Origin: Escherichia coli
Lineage (GTDB): Bacteria; Pseudomonadota; Gammaproteobacteria; Enterobacterales; Enterobacteriaceae
DNA length: 64,000 nucleotides
Assembly: GCF_003334305.1 (NCBI RefSeq)
Contig: NZ_QOWS01000002.1
Reading direction: 5' to 3' (one strand)
The position numbers and the translations under genes are program-made. The notes under the pieces are model-generated. The model saw only the letters and a program-made list of their open reading frames with translations, was not told where the DNA came from and made no database searches. Positions 14,105 to 25,739 of the stretch are shown here, in pieces (positions within the stretch are counted from its first letter, which is position 1; every line of letters begins with the position of its first letter).

Positions 14105-14373
14105 TATGGTTATCCCTTTGCAGATGAATTTATCGAAAATGTAAAAAATAGGTAGGAAAAATAACAGAAAGTGTCTGGATATCGGTAACATTTTACGAAT
14201 TTTTACCCCACTGTCGATTTTTTACTCATTGGGACATAAAAATAAGTATTACGTTTAGACAATGTTTGTTTTAGCGTTTCTTAAGAACAGTCTGACATGA
14301 AAATTCTTATGTTTTGGCAAGAGTAGATATTGTTGACCACACTTAATGTTCAACTTTGTAAAAGGAGTCAACG

Positions 14374-14604
14374 ATGCCGTATAAAACGAAAAGCGATCTG
14401 CCGGAAAGCGTAAAGCACGTTCTACCGTCTCATGCCCAGGATATCTATAAAGAAGCGTTCAACAGCGCATGGGATCAATATAAAGATAAAGACGATCGGC
14501 GTGATGACGCCAGTCGCGAAGAAACCGCGCATAAAGTGGCCTGGGCTGCTGTGAAGCATGAATATGCCAAAGGGGATGATGATAAATGGCATAAAAAATC
14601 GTAA
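14374..14604 (+). CDS. chaB: Cation transport regulator ChaB
   Basis: Track ORF 76 aa MPYKTKSDLPESVKHVLPSHAQDIYKEAF... Confidence 0.9.
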   Translation: MPYKTKSDLPESVKHVLPSHAQDIYKEAFNSAWDQYKDKDDRRDDASREETAHKVAWAAVKHEYAKGDDDKWHKKS

Positions 14605-14761
14605 AACCGGTAGCTTAGTTAAAGCTATTCGTGCGGTGTTGCCTTGCAAGTGGTCCGTGGATTGCATATTGTCCCGTTAGTGGTTTCAAAATGAGCAGTA
14701 AAAATGTCCGGAAGACACCAAAAAGTTGTCGCAGGGAAGTATGCAGTGGCGGAGGTGTAAG

Positions 14762-15457
14762 GTGATAACGCGTGATTTCTTGATGAATGCCGATTGTAAA
14801 ACGGCATTTGGTGCCATTGAAGAATCACTCTTATGGTCAGCAGAACAACGGGCGGCTTCGCTGGCGGCGACGCTGGCTTGTCGACCTGATGAGGGACCGG
14901 TGTGGATCTTCGGTTATGGATCGTTGATGTGGAATCCGGCACTGGAGTTTACCGAGTCGTGCACCGGTACACTGGTTGGATGGCATCGCGCATTTTGCCT
15001 GCGCCTGACCGCCGGGCGCGGGACTGCGCACCAGCCGGGACGGATGCTTGCACTGAAAGAGGGCGGACGCACCACAGGCGTCGCCTATCGACTGCCAGAA
15101 GAGACGCTGGAGCAGGAACTAACCCTATTGTGGAAGCGCGAGATGATTACCGGCTGTTATCTGCCAACCTGGTGTCAGCTTGATCTTGATGATGGACGCA
15201 CAGTAAACGCCATTGTGTTTATTATGGACCCGCGACATCCAGAATATGAATCTGACACTCGCGCTCAGGTCATCGCGCCGTTGATTGCGGCGGCGAGCGG
15301 TCCGCTGGGAACCAACGCACAATACCTGTTTTCACTGGAACAGGAGCTTATCAAACTGGGAATGCAGGACGATGGGCTGAATGATTTGCTGGTATCGGTA
15401 AAAAAACTGCTGGCGGAGAATTATCCGGATGGTGTGTTACGGCCGGGATTCGCCTGA
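14762..15457 (+). CDS. chaC: Glutathione-specific gamma-glutamylcyclotransferase ChaC
   Basis: Track ORF (243 aa) trimmed to GTG at 14762 giving (M)ITRDFLMNADCKTAFG..., 231 aa; contains YGSL motif. Confidence 0.88.
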   Translation: MITRDFLMNADCKTAFGAIEESLLWSAEQRAASLAATLACRPDEGPVWIFGYGSLMWNPALEFTESCTGTLVGWHRAFCLRLTAGRGTAHQPGRMLALKEGGRTTGVAYRLPEETLEQELTLLWKREMITGCYLPTWCQLDLDDGRTVNAIVFIMDPRHPEYESDTRAQVIAPLIAAASGPLGTNAQYLFSLEQELIKLGMQDDGLNDLLVSVKKLLAENYPDGVLRPGFA

Positions 15458-15500
15458 GTAAACTTCCCTCATAGTGGGGCGTCAGACGCCCCCTCAAACA

Positions 15501-15854
15501 TTAAAATGTGAGCACTTTATCGGCTGACAGCGTCCATTGCGCCAGTTCCACAAGAGTACCGATTTCCACCCCATCAATAAGAGGAAGTGTGCTAATCCCG
15601 CGCCCGTCGGTACAGGTTTTGCACAATTTCACCGGTACATTCTGAGCGGTAAGGATCTCCAGCATTTGCTGAATGTTGTAGCCTTCCACTGGTTTTTGCC
15701 CGCGCAACCCGGCTGTGACCGCATCAGACATCAGGAACAGACGCAGATCCAGATTGCTCTCCTGCTCTCGTAACGCAATGGCCAGCCGCAAGCTGTTAAA
15801 CAAGGATTCGCTCCCGTAAGGTGCGCCATTGGCAACGATCACGATTTTTTGCAT
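15501..15854 (-). CDS. ychN: DsrE/DsrF-like protein YchN
   Basis: Track ORF 117 aa MQKIVIVANGAPYGSESLFNSLRLAIAL... Confidence 0.85.
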   Translation of the reverse strand: MQKIVIVANGAPYGSESLFNSLRLAIALREQESNLDLRLFLMSDAVTAGLRGQKPVEGYNIQQMLEILTAQNVPVKLCKTCTDGRGISTLPLIDGVEIGTLVELAQWTLSADKVLTF

Positions 15855-15871
15855 TATTTACTCCTGTATTC

Positions 15872-15966
<95 letters not shown>

Positions 15967-15976
15967 AGACAAAAGT

Positions 15977-16016
<40 letters not shown>

Positions 16017-16038
16017 ATTACCGGAAGTTACCGACGTT

Positions 16039-17433
16039 TTGAGCCGTTTCGTTCCTCGCATTATCCCGTTTTATTTACTCTTGCTTGTAGCAGGCGGTAC
16101 AGCTAACGCACAATCTACCTTCGAGCAAAAAGCGGCAAATCCCTTTGATAATAACAATGATGGTCTGCCGGATTTAGGCATGGCTCCCGAAAATCATGAT
16201 GGGGAAAAACACTTTGCTGAAATTGTGAAAGATTTCGGCGAAACCAGTATGAATGATAACGGGCTGGATACTGGCGAGCAGGCAAAAGCTTTCGCATTGG
16301 GAAAAGTCCGCGACGCGCTTAGTCAACAGGTTAATCAGCACGTAGAGTCCTGGCTATCACCGTGGGGAAATGCCAGTGTTGACGTCAAAGTGGATAACGA
16401 AGGACATTTCACCGGCAGTCGTGGAAGCTGGTTTGTGCCGTTACAAGATAATGATCGTTATCTCACCTGGAGCCAGCTTGGTCTTACTCAGCAGGATGAT
16501 GGGTTGGTGAGCAATGTGGGCGTTGGGCAACGCTGGGCGCGCGGCAACTGGCTGGTGGGTTATAACACTTTTTATGACAACTTGCTGGACGAAAATCTTC
16601 AGCGAGCGGGCTTTGGTGCCGAAGCGTGGGGCGAATATTTGCGACTATCGGCAAACTTTTATCAGCCGTTTGCTGCATGGCATGAACAGACAGCCACGCA
16701 GGAACAACGGATGGCGCGCGGGTATGACCTGACAGCCCGGATGCGCATGCCGTTCTATCAACACCTCAATACCAGTGTCAGCGTAGAACAGTATTTTGGT
16801 GATCGTGTTGATTTGTTTAACTCTGGTACGGGTTATCACAATCCCGTCGCGTTGAGTCTGGGATTAAATTACACCCCTGTGCCATTAGTCACTGTGACGG
16901 CCCAGCATAAACAGGGTGAAAGTGGCGAGAATCAAAATAACCTCGGGCTGAATCTTAATTACCGCTTTGGTGTACCGCTCAAAAAACAACTTTCTGCGGG
17001 CGAGGTTGCCGAAAGTCAGTCGTTACGTGGTAGTCGCTATGACAATCCGCAGCGAAATAATCTACCGACTCTTGAGTACCGACAGCGAAAAACGTTAACG
17101 GTGTTTCTGGCGACACCTCCGTGGGATCTAAAACCTGGCGAAACAGTGCCACTGAAATTACAAATCCGCAGTCGTTACGGTATTCGGCAACTGATTTGGC
17201 AGGGCGATACGCAGATATTAAGTTTAACGCCAGGCGCACAAGCCAACAGCGCGGAGGGCTGGACGCTGATCATGCCTGACTGGCAGAACGGGGAAAGGGC
17301 GAGCAATCACTGGCGATTGTCTGTGGTGGTGGAAGATAACCAGGGGCAGCGTGTCTCCTCCAATGAGATCACGCTAACGCTTGTCGAACCGTTCGATGCA
17401 TTGTCAAACGACGAACTGCGCTGGGAACCGTAA
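16039..17433 (+). CDS. ychO: Putative invasin/intimin-family outer-membrane protein YchO
   Basis: Track ORF 464 aa starting at TTG with signal-like N-terminus; start codon choice uncertain. Confidence 0.75.
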   Translation: MSRFVPRIIPFYLLLLVAGGTANAQSTFEQKAANPFDNNNDGLPDLGMAPENHDGEKHFAEIVKDFGETSMNDNGLDTGEQAKAFALGKVRDALSQQVNQHVESWLSPWGNASVDVKVDNEGHFTGSRGSWFVPLQDNDRYLTWSQLGLTQQDDGLVSNVGVGQRWARGNWLVGYNTFYDNLLDENLQRAGFGAEAWGEYLRLSANFYQPFAAWHEQTATQEQRMARGYDLTARMRMPFYQHLNTSVSVEQYFGDRVDLFNSGTGYHNPVALSLGLNYTPVPLVTVTAQHKQGESGENQNNLGLNLNYRFGVPLKKQLSAGEVAESQSLRGSRYDNPQRNNLPTLEYRQRKTLTVFLATPPWDLKPGETVPLKLQIRSRYGIRQLIWQGDTQILSLTPGAQANSAEGWTLIMPDWQNGERASNHWRLSVVVEDNQGQRVSSNEITLTLVEPFDALSNDELRWEP

Positions 17434-18084
17434 TCAGAAAATGCGCTCCTGATGCACCCATACCGCTGCTTCCACGCGAGACTTGAGCTTCATTTTCTTC
17501 AGCATGTGCTTGACGTGCACTTTTACTGTGCTTTCGGTGATGTCCAGGCGGCGGGCAATCATCTTGTTCGGCAAACCCTGGGCAATCAGCTTGAGAATAT
17601 CGCGCTCGCGTGGGGTTAACTGGTTAACATCGCGCTCAGTAGTGGCACGGTTAGCACGCAAGCTGGCGGCCAGAACAGGCGTTAATGCTTCGCTTAATAC
17701 CATTTCGCCAGCAGCTGCCTGATGCAATGCTTTCAGCAGATCTTCCGGTTCCATATCTTTTAACAGATAGCCATCCGCGCCGCGTTTCAGTGCGGTGACC
17801 ACATCTTCTTCATGGTTAGAGACGCTGAATACCACAATGCGCCCTGAGAGGGACTTTTCGCGCAGTTTATCCAGCGTTTCCAGACCGTTCATGCCGGGCA
17901 TATTGAGATCTAACAGGATCAGATCGGGATCAAGAGACTCCGCCAGTTCAATACCCTGTTCGCCATTACTCGCTTCGCCAACCACGGTGATATCTGGTGC
18001 CATGCTGATAAGCTGTTTTACGCCAGTTCGCAGCATCGGGTGATCGTCAATCAGCAGGATAGTAGCCGGTTCCTGATTACTCAT
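17434..18084 (-). CDS. narL: Nitrate/nitrite response regulator NarL
   Basis: Track ORF (254 aa) trimmed to ATG at complement(18082..18084) giving [25 protein letters not shown]..., 216 aa; receiver plus LuxR-type HTH. Confidence 0.95.
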
Positions 18085-19873
18085 GGGTATCTCCTTGGAC
18101 GTCTGTGAAAGTTTTTTCGGGAATAAAGGTGACCACCACTTCGGTGCCACCTGATTCACGACGGCGGACGCGGCAATCGCCTCGTAAACTTTGCGCACGG
18201 TCGCGCATTATTATCATGCCGTAGTGATTGCTGCGGATGGCATTTTCAGGCACGCCGCAGCCGTTATCCTGGACGGTCAGTTTGACCTGATTATCGTTTT
18301 GCGCCACCGTCACCACGACCTCACTCGCTTGCGAATGTTTGAGGGCGTTACTTAATGCCTCACGGGCAATTTGCAACAAGTGGATTGCCTGATGCGAAGG
18401 CACCAGACGAGGCGGCAATTGATAATCCAGCTTCACCGGGAAGCCAAATTTGGCGCTGTACTCTTCGCAACTCGCCTCCAGCGCCGGACGTAATCCAGGC
18501 TCGGTGAGCTGCAAGCGGAATGTGGTGAGCAATTCACGCAACTGCGCCCAGGATGCATTCAGTTCGTTACGGATCTGACTTAACAGTTCGCGGCTGCTTT
18601 CTGGCAGCGCATCGCCCTGCATCTGTAAACAACTCACCTGCATCTTCATACAAGAGAGAGATTGGGCAATAGAATCATGCAGTTCGCGCGCAATGGTGGC
18701 ACGCTCTTCCATCACGATCAACTGTTGCTGACGTTCCTGATGGCGATCCAGCGCCAGCGTGGCGGTGAGTTGTTCAACCAGGGTATCCACCAGTTGTTGT
18801 TGATCATGGCTAAGATGACGCCCCTGCGGCAGGGTCGCCAGCAAAATACCGTACTGCGTATGAGAGTCAGCCAGCCGCCACTTCAGGGTTGTGCCGCGAT
18901 CGCCAACGGGTAATACGCCGCGCGGGCAGAGCTGGCAGCCTTTATCATCACAAGTCATATCTGGCTGGCAGGTAAACTCCTGATGATTCTCTTCATCATC
19001 AGTATCATAAACCCGCAGTTCGATATCACGTAGCAGGGTTAAATTCTGTAAGCCGTTGAGTACCGGTGACAGGCGTTCACACAGCGGGGCGCGGGAATGC
19101 AAACGGCGGTTAGCCTGCCATAAAAATGAGAGGATCTGATTTTTATGCTCCAGCCCGGCGGTTTTCTCCTGAACCCGCTGCTCAAGTACGGCATAACTTT
19201 CGGCCAGTTCTGCAGACATATTGTTCAACGCAGTTCCAAGCATCGCCATTTCGTTGCGCCCGCTGATGTTTGCGCGTTGGGTAAAATCGCGATGACTGAC
19301 GGCACTCGCCATTGCCAGCAGTTGCCGCCACGGTTGTAGCAGTCGCGCCCGCAACCAGATAATAGTGAACACCAGTAAAAGTGCCATAAATACCGCCATT
19401 ACCCGATGGACCAGTACCACTGTCTCGATGCGCATTTCCGTGGTGCGGTCAAAACCAGATACCAGTTGATCAAGCCCGGCAACAAACTGGCTGACATCCG
19501 CTGACACCGTTTCTCGGTTTTGTGCACGCATCAACGCAGGGATCAGTTCATTACGCCAGTAATCTTGTAAACCCTGTAATTGCGCCAGTTGTCCGTCTCG
19601 TTCTGCTGCTCGAGTCAACTCGGCGCTAAATGCCGTTTGTTCCATCTCTTTAATTAAGGGCTTGTCTTTCTCGCTTAATGGCACTGCTGCCAACAGACGG
19701 TAACTTTGCATGCGCAGCGATCCCGCTTTGTTGATCGCATGGGCGCTGCCCTGAACGCCTTGCACCAGCCAGCCAGAAACCGCCATCCCTGCCAGTCCAA
19801 TAGCAGTAGAAAGCAACACAATAAGCGCAACCTGATTAACCAGGGTGAGCGGAGAGAGACAACGTTTAAGCAT
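18077..19873 (-). CDS. narX: Nitrate/nitrite sensor histidine kinase NarX
   Basis: Track ORF 598 aa with HAMP and histidine kinase regions; 8-nt overlap with narL. Confidence 0.95.
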
Positions 19874-20138
19874 GTAAACCTCTTCCTTCAGGCTTTAAAT
19901 GAGCAATAACCTTAATGAATGTGACGATACATTCTGGAATGGCAGTATTCTCGGCTATTGGCTGAAGTATACCCATACCCGGAAAGAGTTACTCCTTATT
20001 TGCCGTGTGGTTAGTCGCTTTACATCGGTAAGGGTAGGGATTCTACAGCACCGTGAAAAATCTCATAATTTTTATGAAATCACTGTACTCACTATGGGTA
20101 ATGATAAATATCAATGATAGATAAAGTTATCTTATCGT

Positions 20139-20152
20139 TTGATTTACATCAA
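20139..20152 (+). promoter_or_regulatory. FNR box (TTGAT-N4-ATCAA) in the narK promoter
   Basis: ttgatttacatcaa about 60 nt upstream of the narK ATG, with a second half-site-like atcaatgat just upstream. Confidence 0.6.
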
Positions 20153-20211
20153 ATTGCCTTTAGCTACAGACACTAAGGTGGCAGACATCGAAACGAGTAT
20201 CAGAGGTGTCT

Positions 20212-21603
20212 ATGAGTCACTCATCCGCCCCCGAAAGGGCTACTGGAGCTGTCATTACAGATTGGCGACCGGAAGATCCTGCGTTCTGGCAACAACGCGG
20301 TCAACGTATTGCCAGCCGTAACCTGTGGATTTCCGTTCCCTGTCTGCTGCTGGCGTTTTGCGTATGGATGTTGTTCAGCGCTGTTGCGGTGAACTTACCG
20401 AAAGTCGGTTTTAATTTTACGACCGATCAGCTATTTATGTTGACTGCGCTGCCTTCGGTTTCTGGCGCGTTATTACGTGTTCCATACTCCTTTATGGTTC
20501 CTATCTTCGGTGGTCGTCGCTGGACGGCGTTCAGCACCGGTATTCTGATTATTCCTTGCGTCTGGCTGGGTTTTGCCGTGCAGGATACCTCCACGCCTTA
20601 TAGCGTCTTCATCATCATCTCTCTGCTATGCGGCTTTGCTGGCGCGAACTTCGCATCCAGTATGGCAAACATCAGCTTCTTCTTTCCGAAACAGAAGCAG
20701 GGTGGCGCGCTGGGTCTGAATGGTGGTCTGGGAAACATGGGCGTCAGCGTCATGCAGTTGGTTGCTCCGCTGGTGGTATCACTGTCGATTTTCGCAGTAT
20801 TTGGTAGCCAGGGCGTCAAACAGCCGGATGGGACTGAGCTGTATCTGGCGAATGCGTCCTGGATATGGGTGCCGTTCCTTGCCATCTTCACCATTGCAGC
20901 GTGGTTTGGCATGAACGATCTTGCTACCTCGAAAGCCTCCATCAAGGAGCAGTTGCCGGTACTCAAACGGGGTCATCTGTGGATTATGAGCCTGCTGTAT
21001 CTGGCAACCTTCGGCTCCTTTATCGGCTTCTCCGCGGGCTTTGCAATGCTGTCAAAAACGCAGTTCCCGGATGTTCAGATTCTGCAATACGCTTTCTTCG
21101 GGCCGTTTATTGGTGCGCTGGCGCGTTCTGCAGGTGGTGCATTATCTGACCGTCTGGGCGGAACTCGTGTCACGCTGGTGAACTTTATTCTGATGGCGAT
21201 TTTCAGCGGCCTGCTGTTCCTGACCTTACCTACTGACGGGCAGGGCGGAAGCTTCATGGCGTTCTTCGCGGTCTTCCTGGCGCTGTTCCTGACAGCTGGG
21301 CTGGGTAGTGGTTCCACTTTCCAGATGATTTCAGTGATCTTTCGTAAACTGACAATGGATCGCGTGAAAGCAGAAGGGGGTTCTGACGAACGTGCGATGC
21401 GTGAAGCGGCAACCGACACGGCGGCGGCGTTGGGTTTCATCTCTGCGATTGGCGCGATAGGTGGCTTCTTTATCCCGAAAGCGTTCGGTAGCTCGCTGGC
21501 ATTAACGGGTTCGCCAGTTGGCGCAATGAAAGTATTTTTGATTTTCTATATCGCCTGCGTAGTGATTACCTGGGCGGTATATGGTCGGCATTCTAAAAAA
21601 TAA
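20212..21603 (+). CDS. narK: Nitrate/nitrite antiporter NarK (MFS)
   Basis: Track ORF trimmed to ATG at 20212 giving MSHSSAPERATGAVITDWRPEDPAFW..., 463 aa; SD gagg upstream. Confidence 0.93.
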   Translation: MSHSSAPERATGAVITDWRPEDPAFWQQRGQRIASRNLWISVPCLLLAFCVWMLFSAVAVNLPKVGFNFTTDQLFMLTALPSVSGALLRVPYSFMVPIFGGRRWTAFSTGILIIPCVWLGFAVQDTSTPYSVFIIISLLCGFAGANFASSMANISFFFPKQKQGGALGLNGGLGNMGVSVMQLVAPLVVSLSIFAVFGSQGVKQPDGTELYLANASWIWVPFLAIFTIAAWFGMNDLATSKASIKEQLPVLKRGHLWIMSLLYLATFGSFIGFSAGFAMLSKTQFPDVQILQYAFFGPFIGALARSAGGALSDRLGGTRVTLVNFILMAIFSGLLFLTLPTDGQGGSFMAFFAVFLALFLTAGLGSGSTFQMISVIFRKLTMDRVKAEGGSDERAMREAATDTAAALGFISAIGAIGGFFIPKAFGSSLALTGSPVGAMKVFLIFYIACVVITWAVYGRHSKK

Positions 21604-21734
21604 ATCTTAATATTTGATTATCCTTTGCGCGGCATGATGTCGCGCTTTTTTTATGCGTCATTTAGTTACAACATACTCATATTATATGGCTTATTTCGCC
21701 GGATTTCATTAAGAGCCATTAATATGTTACCCAT

Positions 21735-21945
21735 GGGGAATACTCCTTAATACCCATCTGCATAAAAATCTTAATAGTTTAAATAACTACAGGTATAAAA
21801 CGTCTTAATTTACAGTCTGTTATGTGGTGTCTGTTAATTATCCTAAAGGGGTATCTTAGGAATTTACTTTATTTTTCATCCCCATCACTCTTGATCGTTA
21901 TCAATTCCCACGCTGTTTCAGAGCGTTACCTTGCCCTTAAACATT
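21735..21945 (+). promoter_or_regulatory. narG control region with NarL heptamers, AT-rich IHF-type spacer and FNR box
   Basis: TACTCCT (21741..21747) and TACCCAT (21751..21757) match NarL heptamer TACYYMT; perfect FNR box ttgatcgttatcaa at 21891..21904, about 90 nt upstream of narG ATG. Confidence 0.65.
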
Positions 21946-21995
21946 AGCAATGTCGATTTATCAGAGGGCCGACAGGCTCCCACAGGAGAAAACCG

Positions 21996-24900
21996 ATGAG
22001 TAAATTCCTGGACCGGTTTCGCTACTTCAAACAGAAGGGTGAAACCTTTGCCGATGGGCATGGCCAGCTTCTCAATACCAACCGTGACTGGGAGGATGGA
22101 TATCGCCAGCGTTGGCAGCATGACAAAATCGTCCGCTCTACCCACGGGGTAAACTGCACCGGCTCCTGCAGCTGGAAAATCTACGTCAAAAACGGTCTGG
22201 TCACCTGGGAAACCCAGCAGACTGACTATCCGCGTACCCGTCCGGATCTGCCAAACCATGAACCTCGCGGCTGCCCGCGCGGTGCCAGCTACTCCTGGTA
22301 TCTTTACAGTGCCAACCGCCTGAAATACCCGATGATGCGCAAACGCCTGATGAAAATGTGGCGTGAAGCGAAGGCGCTGCATAGCGATCCGGTTGAGGCA
22401 TGGGCTTCTATCATTGAAGACGCCGATAAAGCGAAAAGCTTTAAGCAGGCGCGTGGACGCGGTGGATTTGTTCGTTCTTCCTGGCAGGAGGTGAACGAAC
22501 TGATCGCCGCATCTAACGTTTACACCATCAAAAACTACGGCCCGGACCGTGTTGCTGGTTTCTCGCCAATTCCGGCAATGTCGATGGTTTCTTACGCATC
22601 GGGTGCACGCTATCTCTCGCTGATTGGCGGTACTTGCTTAAGCTTCTACGACTGGTACTGCGACTTGCCTCCTGCGTCTCCGCAAACCTGGGGCGAGCAA
22701 ACTGACGTACCGGAATCTGCTGACTGGTACAACTCCAGCTACATCATCGCCTGGGGGTCAAACGTACCGCAGACGCGTACCCCGGATGCTCACTTCTTTA
22801 CTGAAGTGCGTTACAAAGGGACCAAAACTGTTGCCGTCACACCAGACTACGCTGAAATCGCCAAACTGTGCGATCTGTGGCTGGCACCGAAACAGGGCAC
22901 CGATGCGGCAATGGCGCTGGCGATGGGCCACGTAATGCTGCGTGAATTCCACCTCGACAACCCAAGCCAGTATTTCACCGACTATGTGCGTCGCTACACC
23001 GACATGCCGATGCTGGTGATGCTGGAAGAACGCGACGGTTACTACGCTGCAGGTCGTATGCTGCGCGCTGCTGATCTGGTTGATGCGCTGGGCCAGGAAA
23101 ACAATCCGGAATGGAAAACTGTCGCCTTTAATACCAATGGCGAAATGGTTGCGCCGAACGGTTCTATTGGCTTCCGCTGGGGCGAGAAGGGCAAATGGAA
23201 TCTTGAGCAGCGCGACGGCAAAACTGGCGAAGAAACCGAGCTGCAACTGAGCCTGCTGGGTAGCCAGGATGAGATCGCTGAGGTAGGCTTCCCGTACTTT
23301 GGTGGCGACGGCACGGAACACTTCAACAAAGTGGAACTGGAAAACGTGCTGCTGCACAAACTGCCGGTGAAACGCCTGCAACTGGCTGATGGCAGCACCG
23401 CCCTGGTGACCACCGTTTATGATCTGACGCTGGCAAACTACGGTCTGGAACGTGGCCTGAACGACGTTAACTGTGCAACCAGCTATGACGATGTGAAAGC
23501 TTACACCCCGGCCTGGGCTGAGCAGATCACCGGCGTTTCTCGCAGCCAGATTATTCGCATCGCCCGTGAATTTGCCGATAACGCTGATAAAACGCACGGT
23601 CGTTCGATGATTATCGTCGGTGCGGGGCTGAACCACTGGTATCACCTCGATATGAACTATCGCGGTCTGATCAACATGCTGATTTTCTGCGGCTGTGTCG
23701 GTCAGAGCGGGGGCGGCTGGGCGCACTATGTAGGTCAGGAAAAACTGCGTCCGCAAACCGGCTGGCAGCCGCTGGCGTTTGCCCTTGACTGGCAGCGTCC
23801 GGCGCGTCATATGAACAGCACTTCTTATTTCTATAATCACTCCAGCCAGTGGCGTTATGAAACCGTGACTGCGGAAGAACTGCTGTCGCCGATGGCGGAT
23901 AAATCCCGTTATACCGGACACCTGATCGACTTTAACGTCCGTGCAGAACGCATGGGCTGGCTGCCGTCTGCGCCGCAGTTAGGCACTAACCCGCTGACTA
24001 TCGCTGGCGAAGCAGAAAAAGCCGGGATGAATCCGGTAGATTACACCGTGAAATCCCTTAAAGAGGGTTCCATCCGTTTTGCGGCAGAACAACCAGAAAA
24101 CGGTAAAAACCACCCGCGCAACCTGTTCATCTGGCGTTCTAACCTGCTCGGTTCTTCCGGTAAAGGCCATGAGTTTATGCTCAAGTACCTGCTGGGGACG
24201 GAGCACGGTATCCAGGGTAAAGATCTGGGGCAGCAGGGCGGCGTGAAGCCGGAAGAAGTGGACTGGCAGGACAATGGTCTGGAAGGCAAGCTGGATCTGG
24301 TGGTTACGCTGGACTTCCGTCTGTCGAGCACCTGTCTCTATTCCGACATCATTTTGCCGACGGCGACCTGGTACGAAAAAGACGACATGAATACTTCGGA
24401 TATGCATCCGTTTATTCACCCGCTGTCTGCGGCGGTCGATCCGGCCTGGGAAGCGAAAAGCGACTGGGAAATCTACAAAGCCATCGCGAAGAAATTCTCC
24501 GAAGTGTGCGTCGGCCATCTGGGTAAAGAAACCGACATCGTCACGCTGCCTATCCAGCATGACTCTGCCGCTGAACTGGCGCAGCCGCTGGATGTGAAAG
24601 ACTGGAAAAAAGGCGAGTGCGACCTGATCCCAGGTAAAACCGCGCCACACATTATGGTCGTAGAGCGCGATTATCCGGCGACTTACGAACGCTTTACCTC
24701 TATCGGCCCGCTGATGGAGAAAATCGGTAATGGCGGTAAAGGGATTGCCTGGAACACCCAGAGCGAGATGGATCTGCTGCGTAAGCTCAACTACACCAAA
24801 GCGGAAGGTCCGGCGAAAGGCCAGCCGATGCTGAACACCGCAATTGATGCGGCAGAGATGATCCTGACACTGGCACCGGAAACCAACGGTCAGGTAGCCG

Positions 24901-25739
24901 TGAAAGCCTGGGCTGCCCTGAGCGAATTTACCGGTCGTGACCATACGCATCTGGCGCTGAATAAAGAAGACGAGAAGATCCGCTTCCGCGATATTCAGGC
25001 ACAGCCGCGCAAAATTATCTCCAGCCCGACCTGGTCTGGTCTGGAAGATGAACACGTTTCTTACAACGCCGGTTACACCAACGTTCACGAGCTGATCCCA
25101 TGGCGTACGCTCTCTGGTCGTCAGCAACTGTATCAGGATCACCAGTGGATGCGTGATTTCGGTGAAAGCCTGCTGGTTTATCGTCCGCCGATCGACACCC
25201 GTTCGGTGAAAGAAGTGATAGGCCAGAAATCCAACGGCAACCCGGAAAAAGCGCTCAACTTCCTGACGCCGCACCAGAAGTGGGGTATCCACTCCACCTA
25301 CAGCGACAACCTGCTGATGCTGACTTTAGGTCGCGGTGGTCCGGTGGTCTGGTTGAGTGAAGCCGATGCCAAAGATCTGGGTATCGCCGATAACGACTGG
25401 ATTGAAGTATTCAACAGCAACGGTGCTCTGACTGCCCGTGCTGTTGTCAGCCAGCGTGTTCCGGCAGGGATGACCATGATGTACCACGCGCAGGAACGTA
25501 TCGTTAACCTGCCTGGTTCGGAAATTACCCAACAGCGTGGTGGTATCCATAACTCGGTCACCCGTATCACGCCGAAACCGACGCATATGATCGGCGGCTA
25601 TGCCCATCTGGCATACGGCTTTAACTACTACGGCACCGTAGGTTCTAACCGCGATGAGTTTGTTGTAGTGCGTAAGATGAAGAACATTGACTGGTTAGAT
25701 GGCGAAGGCAATGACCAGGTACAGGAGAGCGTAAAATGA
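21996..25739 (+). CDS. narG: Respiratory nitrate reductase A alpha subunit
   Basis: Track ORF 1247 aa; N-terminal Cys/His cluster HGVNCTGSCSWKIYVKNGL for FS0; recognised NarG. Confidence 0.97.
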   Translation: MSKFLDRFRYFKQKGETFADGHGQLLNTNRDWEDGYRQRWQHDKIVRSTHGVNCTGSCSWKIYVKNGLVTWETQQTDYPRTRPDLPNHEPRGCPRGASYSWYLYSANRLKYPMMRKRLMKMWREAKALHSDPVEAWASIIEDADKAKSFKQARGRGGFVRSSWQEVNELIAASNVYTIKNYGPDRVAGFSPIPAMSMVSYASGARYLSLIGGTCLSFYDWYCDLPPASPQTWGEQTDVPESADWYNSSYIIAWGSNVPQTRTPDAHFFTEVRYKGTKTVAVTPDYAEIAKLCDLWLAPKQGTDAAMALAMGHVMLREFHLDNPSQYFTDYVRRYTDMPMLVMLEERDGYYAAGRMLRAADLVDALGQENNPEWKTVAFNTNGEMVAPNGSIGFRWGEKGKWNLEQRDGKTGEETELQLSLLGSQDEIAEVGFPYFGGDGTEHFNKVELENVLLHKLPVKRLQLADGSTALVTTVYDLTLANYGLERGLNDVNCATSYDDVKAYTPAWAEQITGVSRSQIIRIAREFADNADKTHGRSMIIVGAGLNHWYHLDMNYRGLINMLIFCGCVGQSGGGWAHYVGQEKLRPQTGWQPLAFALDWQRPARHMNSTSYFYNHSSQWRYETVTAEELLSPMADKSRYTGHLIDFNVRAERMGWLPSAPQLGTNPLTIAGEAEKAGMNPVDYTVKSLKEGSIRFAAEQPENGKNHPRNLFIWRSNLLGSSGKGHEFMLKYLLGTEHGIQGKDLGQQGGVKPEEVDWQDNGLEGKLDLVVTLDFRLSSTCLYSDIILPTATWYEKDDMNTSDMHPFIHPLSAAVDPAWEAKSDWEIYKAIAKKFSEVCVGHLGKETDIVTLPIQHDSAAELAQPLDVKDWKKGECDLIPGKTAPHIMVVERDYPATYERFTSIGPLMEKIGNGGKGIAWNTQSEMDLLRKLNYTKAEGPAKGQPMLNTAIDAAEMILTLAPETNGQVAVKAWAALSEFTGRDHTHLALNKEDEKIRFRDIQAQPRKIISSPTWSGLEDEHVSYNAGYTNVHELIPWRTLSGRQQLYQDHQWMRDFGESLLVYRPPIDTRSVKEVIGQKSNGNPEKALNFLTPHQKWGIHSTYSDNLLMLTLGRGGPVVWLSEADAKDLGIADNDWIEVFNSNGALTARAVVSQRVPAGMTMMYHAQERIVNLPGSEITQQRGGIHNSVTRITPKPTHMIGGYAHLAYGFNYYGTVGSNRDEFVVVRKMKNIDWLDGEGNDQVQESVK

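Noticed and set aside
22758-25292. Two long minus-strand ORFs (387 and 437 aa) antisense to narG
   Set aside because: Fully contained in narG, whose identity is certain; the translations are Arg/His-rich and motif-free. Shadow ORFs.
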